64,000 bases of DNA from Clostridia bacterium (GTDB lineage Bacteria > Bacillota > Clostridia > Christensenellales > UBA1242). Of this stretch, positions 27,101 to 31,492 are shown in pieces; positions within the stretch are counted from its first letter, which is position 1, and each line of letters begins with the position of its first letter. The stretch lies in contig JAZTWI010000015.1 in NCBI GenBank assembly GCA_045635805.1, positions 3,474-67,473 of the forward strand, in the 5' to 3' direction. A program made the translations under genes and the position numbers. Under the pieces are notes generated by a model. The model made no database searches and was not told the DNA's origin. It saw nothing but the letters and a program-made list of their open reading frames with translations.

Positions 27101-27398
27101 CGTCTTCTACAAGCTCCCTATCCGGCTCTATAGCGTGTAAACCATCGTAGTCGTAAGTCCACTCTCTAAAGGTATAACCGAGTTTCTGATACCCAGCCAC
27201 ATTACCCAGCGTGGAGTGTTTCTTAACCGAATACTCCTTTAGAATCACATCGCCATCGTACATCGTGATATTTGTCTTTGGATATGCATACACATAAAGA
27301 ATTGTTGCTAGAAGCGATAATAACAACAACACAACAATCACGACAGTCTTGATAAGTAAATTTTGTCTCTCTGTACTAACTTCTCTTACTTCGCTCAT
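3108..27398 (-). CDS. Giant (~8,096 aa) cell-surface repeat protein with InlB B-repeat/Listeria-Bacteroides-like domains and a Cys/His-rich C-terminus; putative adhesin
   Basis: Uninterrupted 24.3-kb ORF. ATG 27398 (MSEVRE) follows GGGAG. One N-terminal hydrophobic helix (LLIKTVVIVVLLLLSLLATILYVYA). At least 30 recurring [GNY]Y-x-F-x-GW type motifs (GHTFKGWST, GYIFEGWTR, NYTFQGWSR, GYDFVGWTQ), many followed by lyA.W/F strands. No LPXTG or SLH motif seen. Confidence 0.9.
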   Translation of the reverse strand: MSEVREVSTERQNLLIKTVVIVVLLLLSLLATILYVYAYPKTNITMYDGDVILKEYSVKKHSTLGNVAGYQKLGYTFREWTYDYDGLHAIEPDRELVEDELDLYAQYTVNTYTVTFHVMVQDPVTGLWSPSDSVLGCEPKQVDFNSLFRLPTGRGANGELLPEFTAVKGHTFKGWSTENITDANESTAVVWLPGSEQRLSTAGNLDVYAYFQANKYSVQLYSGIEYFSQYNSMADSTVLDPVTDTSITPAKNANGEFIIRNNRLSGNTSLVRYTNKISTAIEGITPTLEAADTFNDADGSYSEYSFKGWYLDYDLTKSVADYDMTVAVDNNDVPYLVMKDSSGQEVGDPIPSYQDPEDGVYKFRLYSKWERNSYKLHFNKRMNGSSGYIPSIPVYKFDDTYGKYYTTSVFDADSRKNGNYYNTLDLSNPYITTEDFKASLKNFRFTGWTTAPNADEEEGNVWYNAWAQDASNYSINLTKVNNNEWAGKGTYRFVDTTYVHTVSGDVTLYAQWSQLTYLTLLDALNSVRKVKIEAIAGEKLALPEADVVLNTLGWSKQYNSFDGWTTRPNYASAKTYAAGYEYEMADRALSLYVNWKKDTYTVDFFHNDGTENKNSYSVAGGANVVVPSAPNRPGYIFEGWTRTQYPVDTKLSEIQAAETIYKNAAGSKFTSVSVVGDASYYAVWTTDYIVTFDKNSGTGTVPATVKYSTNPSSSNLKMSVTLTGANLKKNGYNLLGWAFADANGTLVYDLETGEGIYETGTTIEFDFTTAKETETGKYNLYGKTEKKDFYLTASEDGGVRNVVTLYAVWSPMQIPITLVDKQTNNSLVVSANFGEDFDLSPYNSNPLFNKIDLGLQLTGWGNKSGAKLYDADGDGAIIPANLIEPNKAFVFYAIYEETIIRIDYKLTRYDGSVASLYEMSAGGGTHGTVKFGESFYVPRPEPTYADYGNSAYIFNGWYYLQNNEKVALNNGDPIIHHDNGVLTIWADFIIQTYVVNFDIISPLSGTTLGSVQKVVNKGDSSALIYAEVVAAIRDILSTALDTTSEMKAYTLRGVTYSYENETVTFSEAITWNESTFKDVSQTGNNIRFRSSWAANRVEFVYETDDGLQTITGKHANYKFNDTKELILLTHEQAVTAGFTLTSGLRIRQWKIGSGETALTLATGVKLVGLVAQGARFSSVAGLSQFMTWEVDADASSDDTIYGDVYVGTVKIVAKTTQIFTLSFYKFNGTEAELVGTPIQVEYMAASPYVTLLDKSTVVGSSELVFNGWRLNSNTGRLYSPGENFELDPDAYPSYAISFYADMSFIVRYTSEGVTFAGGGNMFESKYNCFDGGYIQSITITRLPAMTLGAGYTRLFVIYGEDSYEATLGQDGSWSVTGLRLDYTGNTHELRVVGAYDVTITYTVDTTQGEAISGIASGAVSETFIVIASGESLTPMKITAVATKAACDFLGWAIDGDDTLYQFEEIVDFTEDTTLVARFGEPNPNSINVSIVYVYEEKTAEQLNNGEVEITATAQAKNGQKYQLLGSAELPSFNRQNYTIKGWTHNGDEYILSDAATNYFDIPTIVEEGQVFRFVAIWEAEYTVKFDMAYSDVDKTIADVKLTAGKVLDLDADKTPSLNSTTATVFKHWRLGYYTVDNLNRRTFTPLTNPSGEEIILNEKDSLVFGDTYAMMPREDSAKYTVVPVRNVFEYTVLAAWDAQSFMITVNISKDGSTSPSEVCTFTFSVEYGQELTTKYILDVAEHTCGSDHELTNMSIKGWSTVGHNGILADAQVLAEVTSDLVLYAVWDIKYSFTYAGASDATDYQYTNTPAVSYFFSGDDVTFDPQVVKSIYFKGKTTIYFENGAYIVTNGTTTEYYRVKGFKITTGADTYVSEVEFDGSFTATNKDMIATPIFEQMFKVEFNKNASANVEVYDRLTTYTSTALSTETPIDLSTIKVARDNYTFQGWSRSADGETVNSLTGVTANTMVYAIWTCDLQATFRFNDRLIFTLKYDNKGQLSADEILDTLSTTNNGLAPANLNGNAMSFTFAGTNYYLQGYRYGAAIYTLAELSALTFTANVDITLELTTVYTVSYTAGTMAGQETIEYEYLEYFVESGTSTGFAKIVPSGLDAKMELPALPVDEIESYPNNEMTGWRWVGPDTTLVWTTATSMTFTRYQLETMLDAASKNTISITLNWEGKSYGLYLAYVTDGEDAIDPYEFYASKKADGSDFAIDSNWANAYTTVYTYDGTTLSQIAGTETSVMVRYGSQIVFEAINLDSPNYMFLGWSTTPYKLGLIPQNFYEMTIVSGAAEDISYYQVNNDMLANAKDGIVTLYPVYGLYNTLDVTITPYNGSVSFAVVGNDNLTGFVYDGLSKTQSSTTEAKIATIAFTHDVVITAGEGATNYTFTNMRVNKNAEKTYTAETVTLGLTDFDATSTTNEVAVNFASLRLKITISYEYEYELVAALGTDDSTLAFNSAILNAGNKTVKDVEVDATANILTNFNLSSYYQVKSITSGTKTINISGNTIKVTDLDYDVATKTAALHLVLAPVTGTVKFDVSGGEIPETVTVSSNTMFVVTEEETVEVSNNAIQVNIGSKVELPAAIKEKNAFMGWNYLGAVMEAGEEFEIATSSAYILTALFEQNSYTITYNVDGAGTDVDFAGGTEVKIGYNGDTAINTTISGKTFTGWLVTSGDRDLVGSTLQTGELKTLAKSNYTLTAQFTGAPVKLYYVNTYLDGTTWTESTTERIETTVEFGAEFTPLVYSDTDTDATNDIESLNVTWTVPTGYYLYGWSINGNVITAGTAQSFNNVTTTYTENVYINAVYYKVYTYTFVYELNHSGEIFTSTEIANETLTVYADKNGDTNGATFTISSARLEVTHVSHVFDGYKVYFNDSATGIEKDKIFSVGRPFTLSKPADGEFAATYTIKAQWTTNKTTKDVTVKISNPTGEGYLTMTDTNGSYDEYTFELSSIGTNLPFTSDLVPANDGNVWKLADGSVLFTTTDTIAYNEYKLDGYEIWFRETEGSTLQRYGKLGLENGYAEVGNGYFEYQLIAVWAEKVAVTYFDSNGNVMEGLGGFYLPGDTHVVVANDASYDISYEGYELVGIVQSNTLIPEGEDAIDAIIALMSDNGTYMPFGSNLAVEGETYLYPALTRIYTIEFKASLDVLADRGGDLDNVVVNGKSYGSEGFVDTVSTTVYYSNNRDTYYIRDIFTNYFAPMYTNSTGTYSFVGFSLISGKMGYDLGENVIRDYELDEDDDIDGDYVITIYAIWDRQTYTVSFQLNAKNKNGVTVTTGSDTKQYYYKEKVDLAYEETEEGFEFATDEIEALVANVEGYRFTGFSLDANGNTPVVNEYEVLSGATIYINFEGVYTIHFVDKYGSSGIRTTVTFEDCNNTYDELIGKTIAKADHALPADMGSQMAEMWYLENYREGETVIKRDFFSAGDHTLSMADLNAADENYNLYIVLEWTVRTYTVNLHYFSSSSNMLQGNYDAVASVDTFLVGDFVVNLDHSTHILSSKYDGDIRVNGEELDINDLVEIFYNESGEYSVWARAALVRSATDGETVSDLADFVVGPQWATNPTVDPYTLDLYLIYEHALFDINVDSYIVDGDNAWKAYLPFNYTLHDETYEGVAYIEMSYADELTLGEQNNTGYILTSYAIYDVENDTILYGQEAVNAVKDYVDLAFDADGHVTITHLRSDIYEDTEKYKLIAVYAIKYVEVSILVTSDNNLVDTIDPNIRIDHIALDWSLLGESSTAVQFGEQTNIIAKNLQTATRTNEVSGKPEKVWMFYSPYGSNITIDDPQYPSPYLINSIATNNEVIGALDKELSKDAPYGFDSLSAGMVEHDDKFTITIAIDYGLNNQAVYLSTYAPSSDSYASISGGVNYTLKGNAQTAEISYGLYSAGNTNYIYKAEIPYGAIITNDFAIPSITGYDFVGWTQKIYSYGEDGQTTSTEEEFGDVQIIVEGELFFVANFTPSRLTVKFTNTNGTVIDALTINEDNKSNNGFIDNDNNGYISIGDEITLPYAYIADETTMSYAWEVGEFGATYKIERALYINADEYVIAAISYDIYYVTFHNAEGAASTFTITSEFTQTPSVYSIIQSGYSEDLVLLNGKQFFMFAEGEIVESGVIDLGSEESYTVTRSLTIPDTILETATGKANFDGWSGRTSGNVIDNIYYFDNGDVDGITHEIKLYAIESYETQVKLYITDANGNKVKVNTGIGTTENYNKDYFTLSVITGADLNMTVIPTSYSFEKEGTTVEVTKWSVYSIFDEVNPMYQFFTAGNMLKDYEFHGWTINLENAKAYEDIQSQYSALISSSALYYEFERGVRVNTYDGVNNMNALIKEEKTSFYTIWETKHTVTLVATAGEDGKDYNNTNKYAAGQLINLKQETFELSDKKWIGWQVVVGYTSIGADGQAVGGTKYAYIFDSAACPNDLGISPANVINNVTEFTMGKDNVYMIPLWSRGIMVYLDVNFGAMRELYAKAMQSYISIGEKGILDATGIPQLVDGEYSYIFEDFSTETINSKAYTNVYRLGALDGNYYFSMGNIVSFDEWIAGYFTDVSGWISVFEHSYYTNGTTWSYDKNYFDLSGIYYMNGTNKVYVMKYGQALSNALEVTGDMIRDGDLTLYLEWTPAIMEVKFYEYKLTDGMTDADLKAYTFERETEENGNTIYESVEYTLYVPFGGRISSVETTEDNRVYLYSETDGLGTLEDLKTVDKYDNPYGDSRYFRLTHWSEMDNHLYNSSLDYNGNPTNPDSTIFGYSTYTESIVGNVRLYPVFIQAYHINFVVGKSYEDLLETEEYVIEGESFHVKGKLVNPNYLSRIKYIVSASHMIMPEDELCPDTYDFDMSLDIENQEVYIRIYFNLDMTTYVPVYTDGTEGEVATAEELKTITLNLNEVYYISDLFGEPEEGKDKFTTPDMTPYGNATFANWYLSNVQNYYSNDVAYLMGNYATDTYSEYSLNLSEISRLTLRQSGTKINILLYYLSGSVVTVEMSDLMSVYAKIYNTNDLAVAHNASQYAHLSVARTVDAEGNELGYINEDYFVLNDATKLSATGEDGYTKIQYTTVYNSAYTPVVDLVTNDGYNLSKVDVYNNYDSFINNSGTVASVTPRFWEKVEGTHTDDTNANFVVNISRTTEYPDENDLGSSYTKIKNRVTINKLKNVNTNIFVLQVKYLSYDISFVYDDTKADLYYLDGNGGTKHSFNSNSMNVNLGIQVHADGANYSSMNLIYSISNANTENATIKIEKVPYGTILNVFTLMHGSDKLNPESANLDVNTNLDYRYHFDSWSPTPTNIGFLDNSANTQRITPSDNGETNSYITEYKIKAVILPNAVEAINFNVMYTKTTESAWSNLWAAMTNPASRLTVTHKDNVYTMLAIHKDLVVSGAATTSVVGGTDITDILDEINVQYTNTYNSKIASTEGMGSVYEFGKEQLLNYFWFDEIWESLQDTETKKKYQLVDGKIYAKHGEGVIELYGRLEDAIIAYFGQEIIDYLDIETLKEKYDGLYLSHLEEAAIINNINRAVISELTVENSYTTAGNKGHFALTPNGVGGFTSIYAADGKIKTDIVQMYVKAPSNSQIEVKYTPMEKTATNNKYTLHSFDTGAKDSNAFGYDVDESLATLNKQSYSVPELSKMFKDIAGKLIPELKLQAQFVIVTNEVTFYRAEDSLLGDLTINTGYDEEVYRACIADGRQILAERYFCTLENLRKVNRLPLFVLDLLAKETNAPEKKMFNHPSDDDARVADPTYGNFSYIFNQWLGDGISNITTPIKKTTALTADYVTIATSGKSLAEIYITYAVDGDDTKNTAQMETRTYYLARQTFQDSFGNSYTNRLSNLLLTNLNTLIANDNIYYSTENTKFYKVTVDDTESRYINGAVYAEIAEHQKYFSVPITYQIAASRRDVAYIADNVTITTIGGAIKVSTDSTNSDITFGGVLLVGGDVNTTHLYRIKPGSFGVYAFGIWELTISFIDGNGTTTRYVDYCTHEDCTFCEDRVFAGIELSVNAHHNAPIMFSPDELDRGDFTIQNSNTSAVTPIEDKTYMYFVEKDSTTSTGVRVGSALEKEEHHNVYFSIVSLGQTGTTINANNEECGIYQAEIRKNYVNGDLNSGEVLYTLTYTAREVLVGLSWIVSYTENSTTKAIPLKNAGASYEFTDLRNIHNVFPLSRQTDIKFVFTDGLNDGVEVYGVVTNLEDNGIDYLRHHLSSGKIFTATNSTSNTQLLEGTEVKIVRVDNKYQIYNAETNVGHFGYISINTSAVYLTNIRLQYKNLQGEWVDFEESGTFAQPSVIELNPDGVSRNMYVRMACEWATYEVDFETVYRNSNDNGGLDAYSAEVGSDYVSVSLNNKTELLGSRINVAGENTDKKTLKVFAGSVIEYSEDSREFTIKSPKYGPSISIADDVKVGDYRKAAGETYDYTLTGWVKETSTNGIVEIIDAAYTDGLDVNSEEFKSLHLTFIAWVEKSQDFKVSIDTTTEGYTHGHGKVTINRKTAIDIFAGRDGETQEYNYTQLVEKGNTGYYALYTGVGKTNLFSVVIEESENIHQLISATFVTPTRTGTEVVTRYAEEWRSGITNSAYTFGTEIKVLFDAADTLSNIRVYDANNTPVKDSNNVFMKHDLYGGYKYEFAEKEKDKVYTLKITDYWNNSELHKYDYELKENTVFRQLFQSMYDTEQDRDTGGAVMGYRGTEISMTNDNSGKYVAIKINERTVAINFIISINYIDKYKNEHTGIQSYSDWKDMLEIKNSSNTSYTSSNMRVECGTQTMNLSLFANKGAGLGGVLFNYINPDPGKEEYNYIFRAINEFALESVTISPAYPVETDLVNKSITTKYASQSAIVETVSGHPGKLLRDTEITYTQYIIQVQLTQRATVNVSFGLSLPYATDYRNLQISTAEIPQDKKVISTGERYFTVNGHRLDAGSATDINVYNSALTNSKDSEGDVFMPSNFKIEPTSTVHLTATNITAGTLYTIYINAEGNTASRVNILQFIDDGTYNFNGIYIVEGSSAQYVALTNEAFTGTGQITSYSMWGATEHKTELKKAVGQTHTIMGDARIMLYFTRKVVSVTVDENIWAVNYDKSYGGQYFYESLNTNLVFSKKSSGATTYKLPSGLVGVVPTNFGATESFYQNTQYSYMDVLNQIPNRMAPIYANNGEGSAKLEDTWKENTSDVALRLTYADSDLYGRINTLINNKAANGTKNLTATNFDAYQVVGKNMSNSSATASTINFNVELKGSTEWLLMNLPYGNTDVGIAHYAKVRFFTQQSGTAGNTTFPLEGADSEGYVDTLSSSTFTLRSTAYLPSQSGGTYSYIMQVAKLKENRLTNGMYIAPYQDSLNEYGKNGVSGMNLNYNWTTENASRAPADWKAYIKGYLVVYYNAAGEEYSVTYDSVDYFNPKGDTDEQKKTISLSSITGLSGSISRVDIYPIWKEVRVYEIKFNTTSTLYSEANKSENVTSSKLVDFSSFNIELIEGESFSFKFADTNAGFGKYTLAKKSTTTKNEYEDSLYTLLRSYNSSDVMLLGFELSAYKNGSTARNVLDFTSDSISSVVKNVSGTYSKTSSAGITFMIDDIQQDITITPKWFKRGRTFTYEHNGTITISSDLLKNGKDQNGNSLSITQKVATLDNISKSHTFRFAPNYLRAFNALGESHSGDNGTIQQNAYTYKSSSHPDEYFSVVKDSNILKSAGDNKVKFTLVHDVHKLSMKATDGKNCRIVSTTTCEYCTYHSQTITWIHTKYDVTSNDTYTSNGSSTHKHVYYCDNSNCYAVKNNLDKSYRVALTQNETHNMYTSTASKCLKDGWMDCYQCSYGYTIKCPGSHLEVVWKTGTGQYSAWWYATNKGTRSTGEFWYPDGRGVGWPYYSNFQSYTSSYGMTWEAKAVQVLNGDDATCSSYNSYYCGRCLEYYQDKEAGYGNHYFSSSKVEYYHDYSSYVSESNCGKYRYKCDYCSYSRNSSTGSYATGNYNWNTGIKHCFKSGSILSRVFTFYRNIKIEYPDPRHCWIEVNFMRMTCGECNAFLSDSSLEKVGDKAHKEAWIDNNCDYCGKDVNGNGYDKRETVSGSNNGWYNTYVYGVQYITWWRWMYSDKKSGNATTPPGLTWGIWYSFLRGDISQLIILEIKYNGKTYVYTNW

Positions 27399-27526
27399 TT
27401 TTATTTTCTCCCATTGTTTCACTTGTATTTTTTGCTTTAAAATTTTACCCTTCAGCACCTGCCACCCTAGCGATAATTTAGGGTATAAAAATAGCAAATA
27501 CTTAATAATATAAAATCTCTAGTAAT

Positions 27527-27556
27527 ATTATATATTTAAACAACACTTTTAGTCAA
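27527..27556 (-). promoter_or_regulatory. Sigma-A-type promoter of giant gene
   Basis: TTGACT (27556-27551) - 18 nt - TATAAT (27532-27527) on the minus strand. Confidence 0.6.
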
Positions 27557-27775
27557 TCTTTTTGACCAACTATCGAAAAGTAAAACTAAATAAATTTTCC
27601 TGTCGAAAAATCTAAAATTTTGCTGTACTTTTGGCGATTTATTATACCTACAAATTTAGTTTATTCAAAAGATATTTATTTATTAAATTAGAGAATACTT
27701 TGATATGTAAAATAAAAAAATTAAAACATAACTTGTTATGTTTTAAAATTTAAAAATTAACGAATTTTTACAAAG

Positions 27776-27802
27776 AAAAAAGCACGCCTTTTCGCGTGCT
27801 TT
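27776..27802 (-). terminator. Terminator of typA
   Basis: AAAGCACGC/GCGTGCTTT stem with an A-run on its downstream (minus-strand) side. Confidence 0.8.
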
Positions 27803-27828
27803 ATTTTGCGTATTTTAGTGAGATTTTA

Positions 27829-29655
27829 CTACTCAATATTGTTCTTTTTTCTAAAGTCCATTCTGCCCCTAGTAACGTGGTCAAGAACGATTTTTCTTAG
27901 CCTTAGGGACTTAGGAGTAACTTCTAGAAGCTCGTCATCATCTAGGAATTCTAGACACTCTTCTAGAGTCATGATTTTGTGTGGCTCTAACCTTAGAGCA
28001 TCGTCACTAGCAGATGAACGCATATTTGTTAATTGTTTTTTCTTACAAACATTGACTACAATATCTAGTCCCTTTGGGTTCATACCAACAATCATACCAC
28101 CATAAACTTGTGCTCCTGTGCCGATTAACATTCTACCCCTTTCTTGAGAATTGAATAGTCCATACTGACACGCTTCGCCATTTTCATAAGCAATAAGAGC
28201 ACCAAAATTTCTTCTCTCAATATTACCCTTAAATACGTCATATTTTTCAAAGACAGAAGACATAATACCTTCACCCTTGGTATCTGTTAAAAACTGTGAT
28301 TTATAGCCAAATAATCCCCTTGATGGAATAAGGAATTCTAGTCTAGTTCTAGTACCGTGTGTAGACATAGAAACTAGTTCACCTTTTCTAGTTCCAAGTT
28401 CGCTCATAACATTACCGACAGAGTCTTCCGGAACGTCTGCCACAAATCTATCTATAGGCTCACATTTAACACCATCAATTTCTTTATATAACACCTGTGG
28501 CATAGATACTTGGAATTCGTATCCGTCTCTTCTCATATTCTCAATAAGAATAGAGATATGCATCTCACCCCTACCAAGAACTGTGAAACTATCTGCACTT
28601 TCTGTATCGTAAACTTTTAGACTTAAGTCTTTTACAGCTTCCTTCATTAATCTATCTCTTAAGTGTCTACTGGTACAGAACTTACCTTCTTTACCAGCAA
28701 ATGGACTATTATTTACAGAGAAAGTCATTTGAACAGAAGGCTCACTAATCTTAACAAAAGGTATTGCTTCACTTGCACCCTTAGCACATATTGTATCTCC
28801 AATAGTTACATCTGGACTACCAGCAAGACAAACTATATCTCCTGCAACTGCTTCTTCGATAGGAACTCTCTTTAAGCCTTCGAAAGCAAAAATATTAACT
28901 ACCTTAAATGGTTTTGCTTTAGTTTCGCCATAGTAATTGCACACGTCAACATTTTCGTTTACCTTAATAACACCCCTTTCTACTTTACCGATAGAAAGTT
29001 TGCCTAGGTAATCATTATGCTCACTAGAACTAACTAGCATCTGGAAAGGTGCATTTCTATCAATGTTTGGAGATGGGATATAATTAACGATTGTCTCAAA
29101 GAGTGGCTTCATATCTGTACCAAGTTTATCTGGGTCAGTACTAGCAATTCCCTGTCTACAAGAAGCAAATATAAATGGAGACTCTAATTGCTCATCATTT
29201 GCATTTAACTCTAAGAATAATTCTAGAACTTCATCAATAACTTCCTTAGGTCTAGCTTCTGATTTGTCAATCTTATTAACAACAACAATAACCTTATGAT
29301 TAAGCTCAAGCGCCTTTTGAAGAACAAACCTAGTCTGTGGCATTGGACCTTCAAAAGCATCAACTACTAAGATTACACCATCAACCATCTTTAAAACTCT
29401 CTCAACTTCTCCACCGAAGTCTGCGTGTCCTGGAGTGTCAACGACATTAATCTTGATGTCATCATATAGCACTGCTGTATTTTTACTAAGGATTGTGATA
29501 CCCCTTTCTTTCTCAAGAGCATTACTATCCATTACTCTATCTTCTACTACTTGATTATCTCTAAATACGCCACCAGACTTAAGAAGCTCGTTTACTAAAC
29601 TAGTCTTACCGTGGTCTACGTGAGCGATAATCGCAACATTTCTAATTCCTTTCAT
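27829..29655 (-). CDS. typA: Translational GTPase TypA/BipA
   Basis: [48 protein letters not shown], and C-terminal [11 protein letters not shown]. Confidence 0.97.
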   Translation of the reverse strand: MKGIRNVAIIAHVDHGKTSLVNELLKSGGVFRDNQVVEDRVMDSNALEKERGITILSKNTAVLYDDIKINVVDTPGHADFGGEVERVLKMVDGVILVVDAFEGPMPQTRFVLQKALELNHKVIVVVNKIDKSEARPKEVIDEVLELFLELNANDEQLESPFIFASCRQGIASTDPDKLGTDMKPLFETIVNYIPSPNIDRNAPFQMLVSSSEHNDYLGKLSIGKVERGVIKVNENVDVCNYYGETKAKPFKVVNIFAFEGLKRVPIEEAVAGDIVCLAGSPDVTIGDTICAKGASEAIPFVKISEPSVQMTFSVNNSPFAGKEGKFCTSRHLRDRLMKEAVKDLSLKVYDTESADSFTVLGRGEMHISILIENMRRDGYEFQVSMPQVLYKEIDGVKCEPIDRFVADVPEDSVGNVMSELGTRKGELVSMSTHGTRTRLEFLIPSRGLFGYKSQFLTDTKGEGIMSSVFEKYDVFKGNIERRNFGALIAYENGEACQYGLFNSQERGRMLIGTGAQVYGGMIVGMNPKGLDIVVNVCKKKQLTNMRSSASDDALRLEPHKIMTLEECLEFLDDDELLEVTPKSLRLRKIVLDHVTRGRMDFRKKNNIE

Positions 29656-29842
29656 CTTTTTCTCCTAATTCAAACTAGCCAAATGTCTATAGACAATAAA
29701 AAATGGTTTACACATAAAACCATCGGCTAAAAATTTTTACTGAGTAATTTTAGCACAACTATTGACACTTGAAAAGTACTTTTTATAAAAAAAATTATTT
29801 TTTATAATTAAATCCACACGCACTTATAGCCTATCATAAAAG

Positions 29843-29865
29843 AAAAAGAGAGCCGAAGCTCTCTT
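29843..29865 (-). terminator. Terminator of CNNM/CBS gene
   Basis: AAGAGAGC-cgaa-GCTCTCTT (UUCG loop on the minus strand) with an A-run. Confidence 0.8.
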
Positions 29866-29867
29866 AA

Positions 29868-31268
29868 TTATTCTTTGTTATCTGCAAAACTATCTTTTGC
29901 TACAGCGACAGTATCGTCACCTAAATCAATTACCTTAACTGTAACTTCTTTGATTCTATTGTCTTCAACTTTTGAAAGTGTAAAGTGTAACTCAACAGGA
30001 ATAGATACATATAAACCATCGACAATTCTCTCATCAATAGTCTTATACATAATCACCTTGTCTTGTACAGGAAGTTCTTCACTAAGACCGAATAAGAATC
30101 CACCAACAGAAGTATAGTCTGACTCTGGTAAATGCTCTATCTCAAGCATATCAAATAAGTCTTGTAATTCCATCTCTGAGTCTACAACAAACTCATTGTC
30201 ATTTTTCTTATTAAGAACATCTGCAGGTTCAATATCATCGTGTTCGTCATATATCTCACCTACAACTTCTTCTATCGCGTCTTCCATACAAACGATACCA
30301 CTAGTACCACCATGCTCATCAAGAACTACAGCCATATGCTTTTTATTCTTTTGCATTAGCCTAATAACATCGTCTGCTTTCATATTTTCATTGATGTATA
30401 GTGGCTCAGTCATTATCTTCTTGATAAATACTTTCTCTCCAGATAGCATAGCCTTGAAGAAGTCTTTTTGATTAAGTATACCTATAATTCTATCGATTGT
30501 GTCTTCATATACAGGCAGTCTAGAGAACATTGTGTCCATAAACTTATCTTGTACGTTTTTGACAGAATCTGCATAGCTAATGGCAGAAACGTCTACCCTT
30601 GGTGTCATAATGTCATAAGCAGTTCTATCTGCTAAATCAAGTACACCTTGCATAATTTCTGCGTCAGATTTATCAATTACACCTTCTTCTTCCATAGTAT
30701 CAATGATACTCTCTAATTCTTCTTCGGTGACTGCCGGGTCGCTATTAGTCTCTTTAGCTTTCCTAGTTGCAAATTGTTGTAATTTTAGGAACACCCAAGA
30801 TATTGGAGTCAAGATTTTAACGATTACAACCATAATTCCACTAGTCTTTAGAGCAAATGATAATGGCTCTACTTTTACCATAGACTTAGGTAGTATCTCA
30901 CCAAATATTAAAATGATAATTGTCATAATAACGGTATTCAACACATTAGCAAGTGTTGGGTCGACAATTAGCGTACTGAATACATAAGCACATATTGTAG
31001 TTAACGCAATATTTACTAGGTTGTTACCTATAAGAATTGTTGACAATGTTTTGTCGTAGTGCTCGGTTATATATATAGCCTTTCTAGCACCTTTTACTTT
31101 GTTGTCGGCTAAACTTCTTAGCCTAATTTGATTAACAGCTGTAAATGCCATTTCACTAGCAGAGAAGTAAGCTGAACCCATTACAAGTAGTACTGCTACT
31201 ACGTATAACCAAATGTTCACTCCACCTAGGCTAATCGCACACAACTGTCCAGTCGGCACTGTTTCCAT
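29868..31268 (-). CDS. HlyC/CorC family (CNNM/DUF21 + CBS pair + CorC_HlyC) membrane protein, putative Mg/Co transport
   Basis: SAYFSASEMAF, TILIGNNLVN, FGEILPK, IMTPRVD, FSRLPVY and VLDEHGGTSGIVCMEDAIEEVVGEIYDEHD motifs. Confidence 0.92.
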   Translation of the reverse strand: METVPTGQLCAISLGGVNIWLYVVAVLLVMGSAYFSASEMAFTAVNQIRLRSLADNKVKGARKAIYITEHYDKTLSTILIGNNLVNIALTTICAYVFSTLIVDPTLANVLNTVIMTIIILIFGEILPKSMVKVEPLSFALKTSGIMVVIVKILTPISWVFLKLQQFATRKAKETNSDPAVTEEELESIIDTMEEEGVIDKSDAEIMQGVLDLADRTAYDIMTPRVDVSAISYADSVKNVQDKFMDTMFSRLPVYEDTIDRIIGILNQKDFFKAMLSGEKVFIKKIMTEPLYINENMKADDVIRLMQKNKKHMAVVLDEHGGTSGIVCMEDAIEEVVGEIYDEHDDIEPADVLNKKNDNEFVVDSEMELQDLFDMLEIEHLPESDYTSVGGFLFGLSEELPVQDKVIMYKTIDERIVDGLYVSIPVELHFTLSKVEDNRIKEVTVKVIDLGDDTVAVAKDSFADNKE

Positions 31269-31457
31269 TTTTAAAAAATTTCTCTCCTTTTGTACTTTAA
31301 AAATACAAAACTATTTTATCATATATTTAATTATTTGTAAAGGGCTTTTGCCCCTGCACCAAACAATACCTTCTCTCACCCCAGCAAATGCGCTTTAGAG
31401 AATTTTGTCTAAACAAAAACACACCCAAATCTATTTACAAATATTCATTTATGTTGT

Positions 31458-31486
31458 TTGACAAAAATGGGTATAAATTATATTAT
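31458..31486 (+). promoter_or_regulatory. Sigma-A-type promoter giving a probable leaderless mRNA
   Basis: TTGACA (31458-63) - 17 nt - TATTAT (31481-86); the expected +1 falls on the GTG at 31493. Confidence 0.6.
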
Positions 31487-31492
31487 ATAAAT

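Noticed and set aside
27399-27497. TTG start at 27497 giving 8,129 aa
   Set aside because: No SD. ATG 27398 has GGGAG upstream and gives a normal N-region before the TM helix.
27400-27520. Possible SAM-I or c-di-AMP riboswitch in the giant gene's ~120-nt leader (TTATCGCTAGGGTGGCAGGTGCTGAAGGG)
   Set aside because: Only fragments resemble the consensus. The core helices and an expression platform could not be built; an Rfam scan would settle it.
27571-27607. Spo0A-box-like TGTCGAA (27601) and TATCGAA (27571) upstream of the giant gene
   Set aside because: One exact 7-mer is within chance expectation for an intergenic region of this size.
31341-31360. AGGGCTTTTGCCCCTGCACC, resembling REP-like GC hairpins of Bacillota
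   Set aside because: Single short copy with no partner or transposase in the window.
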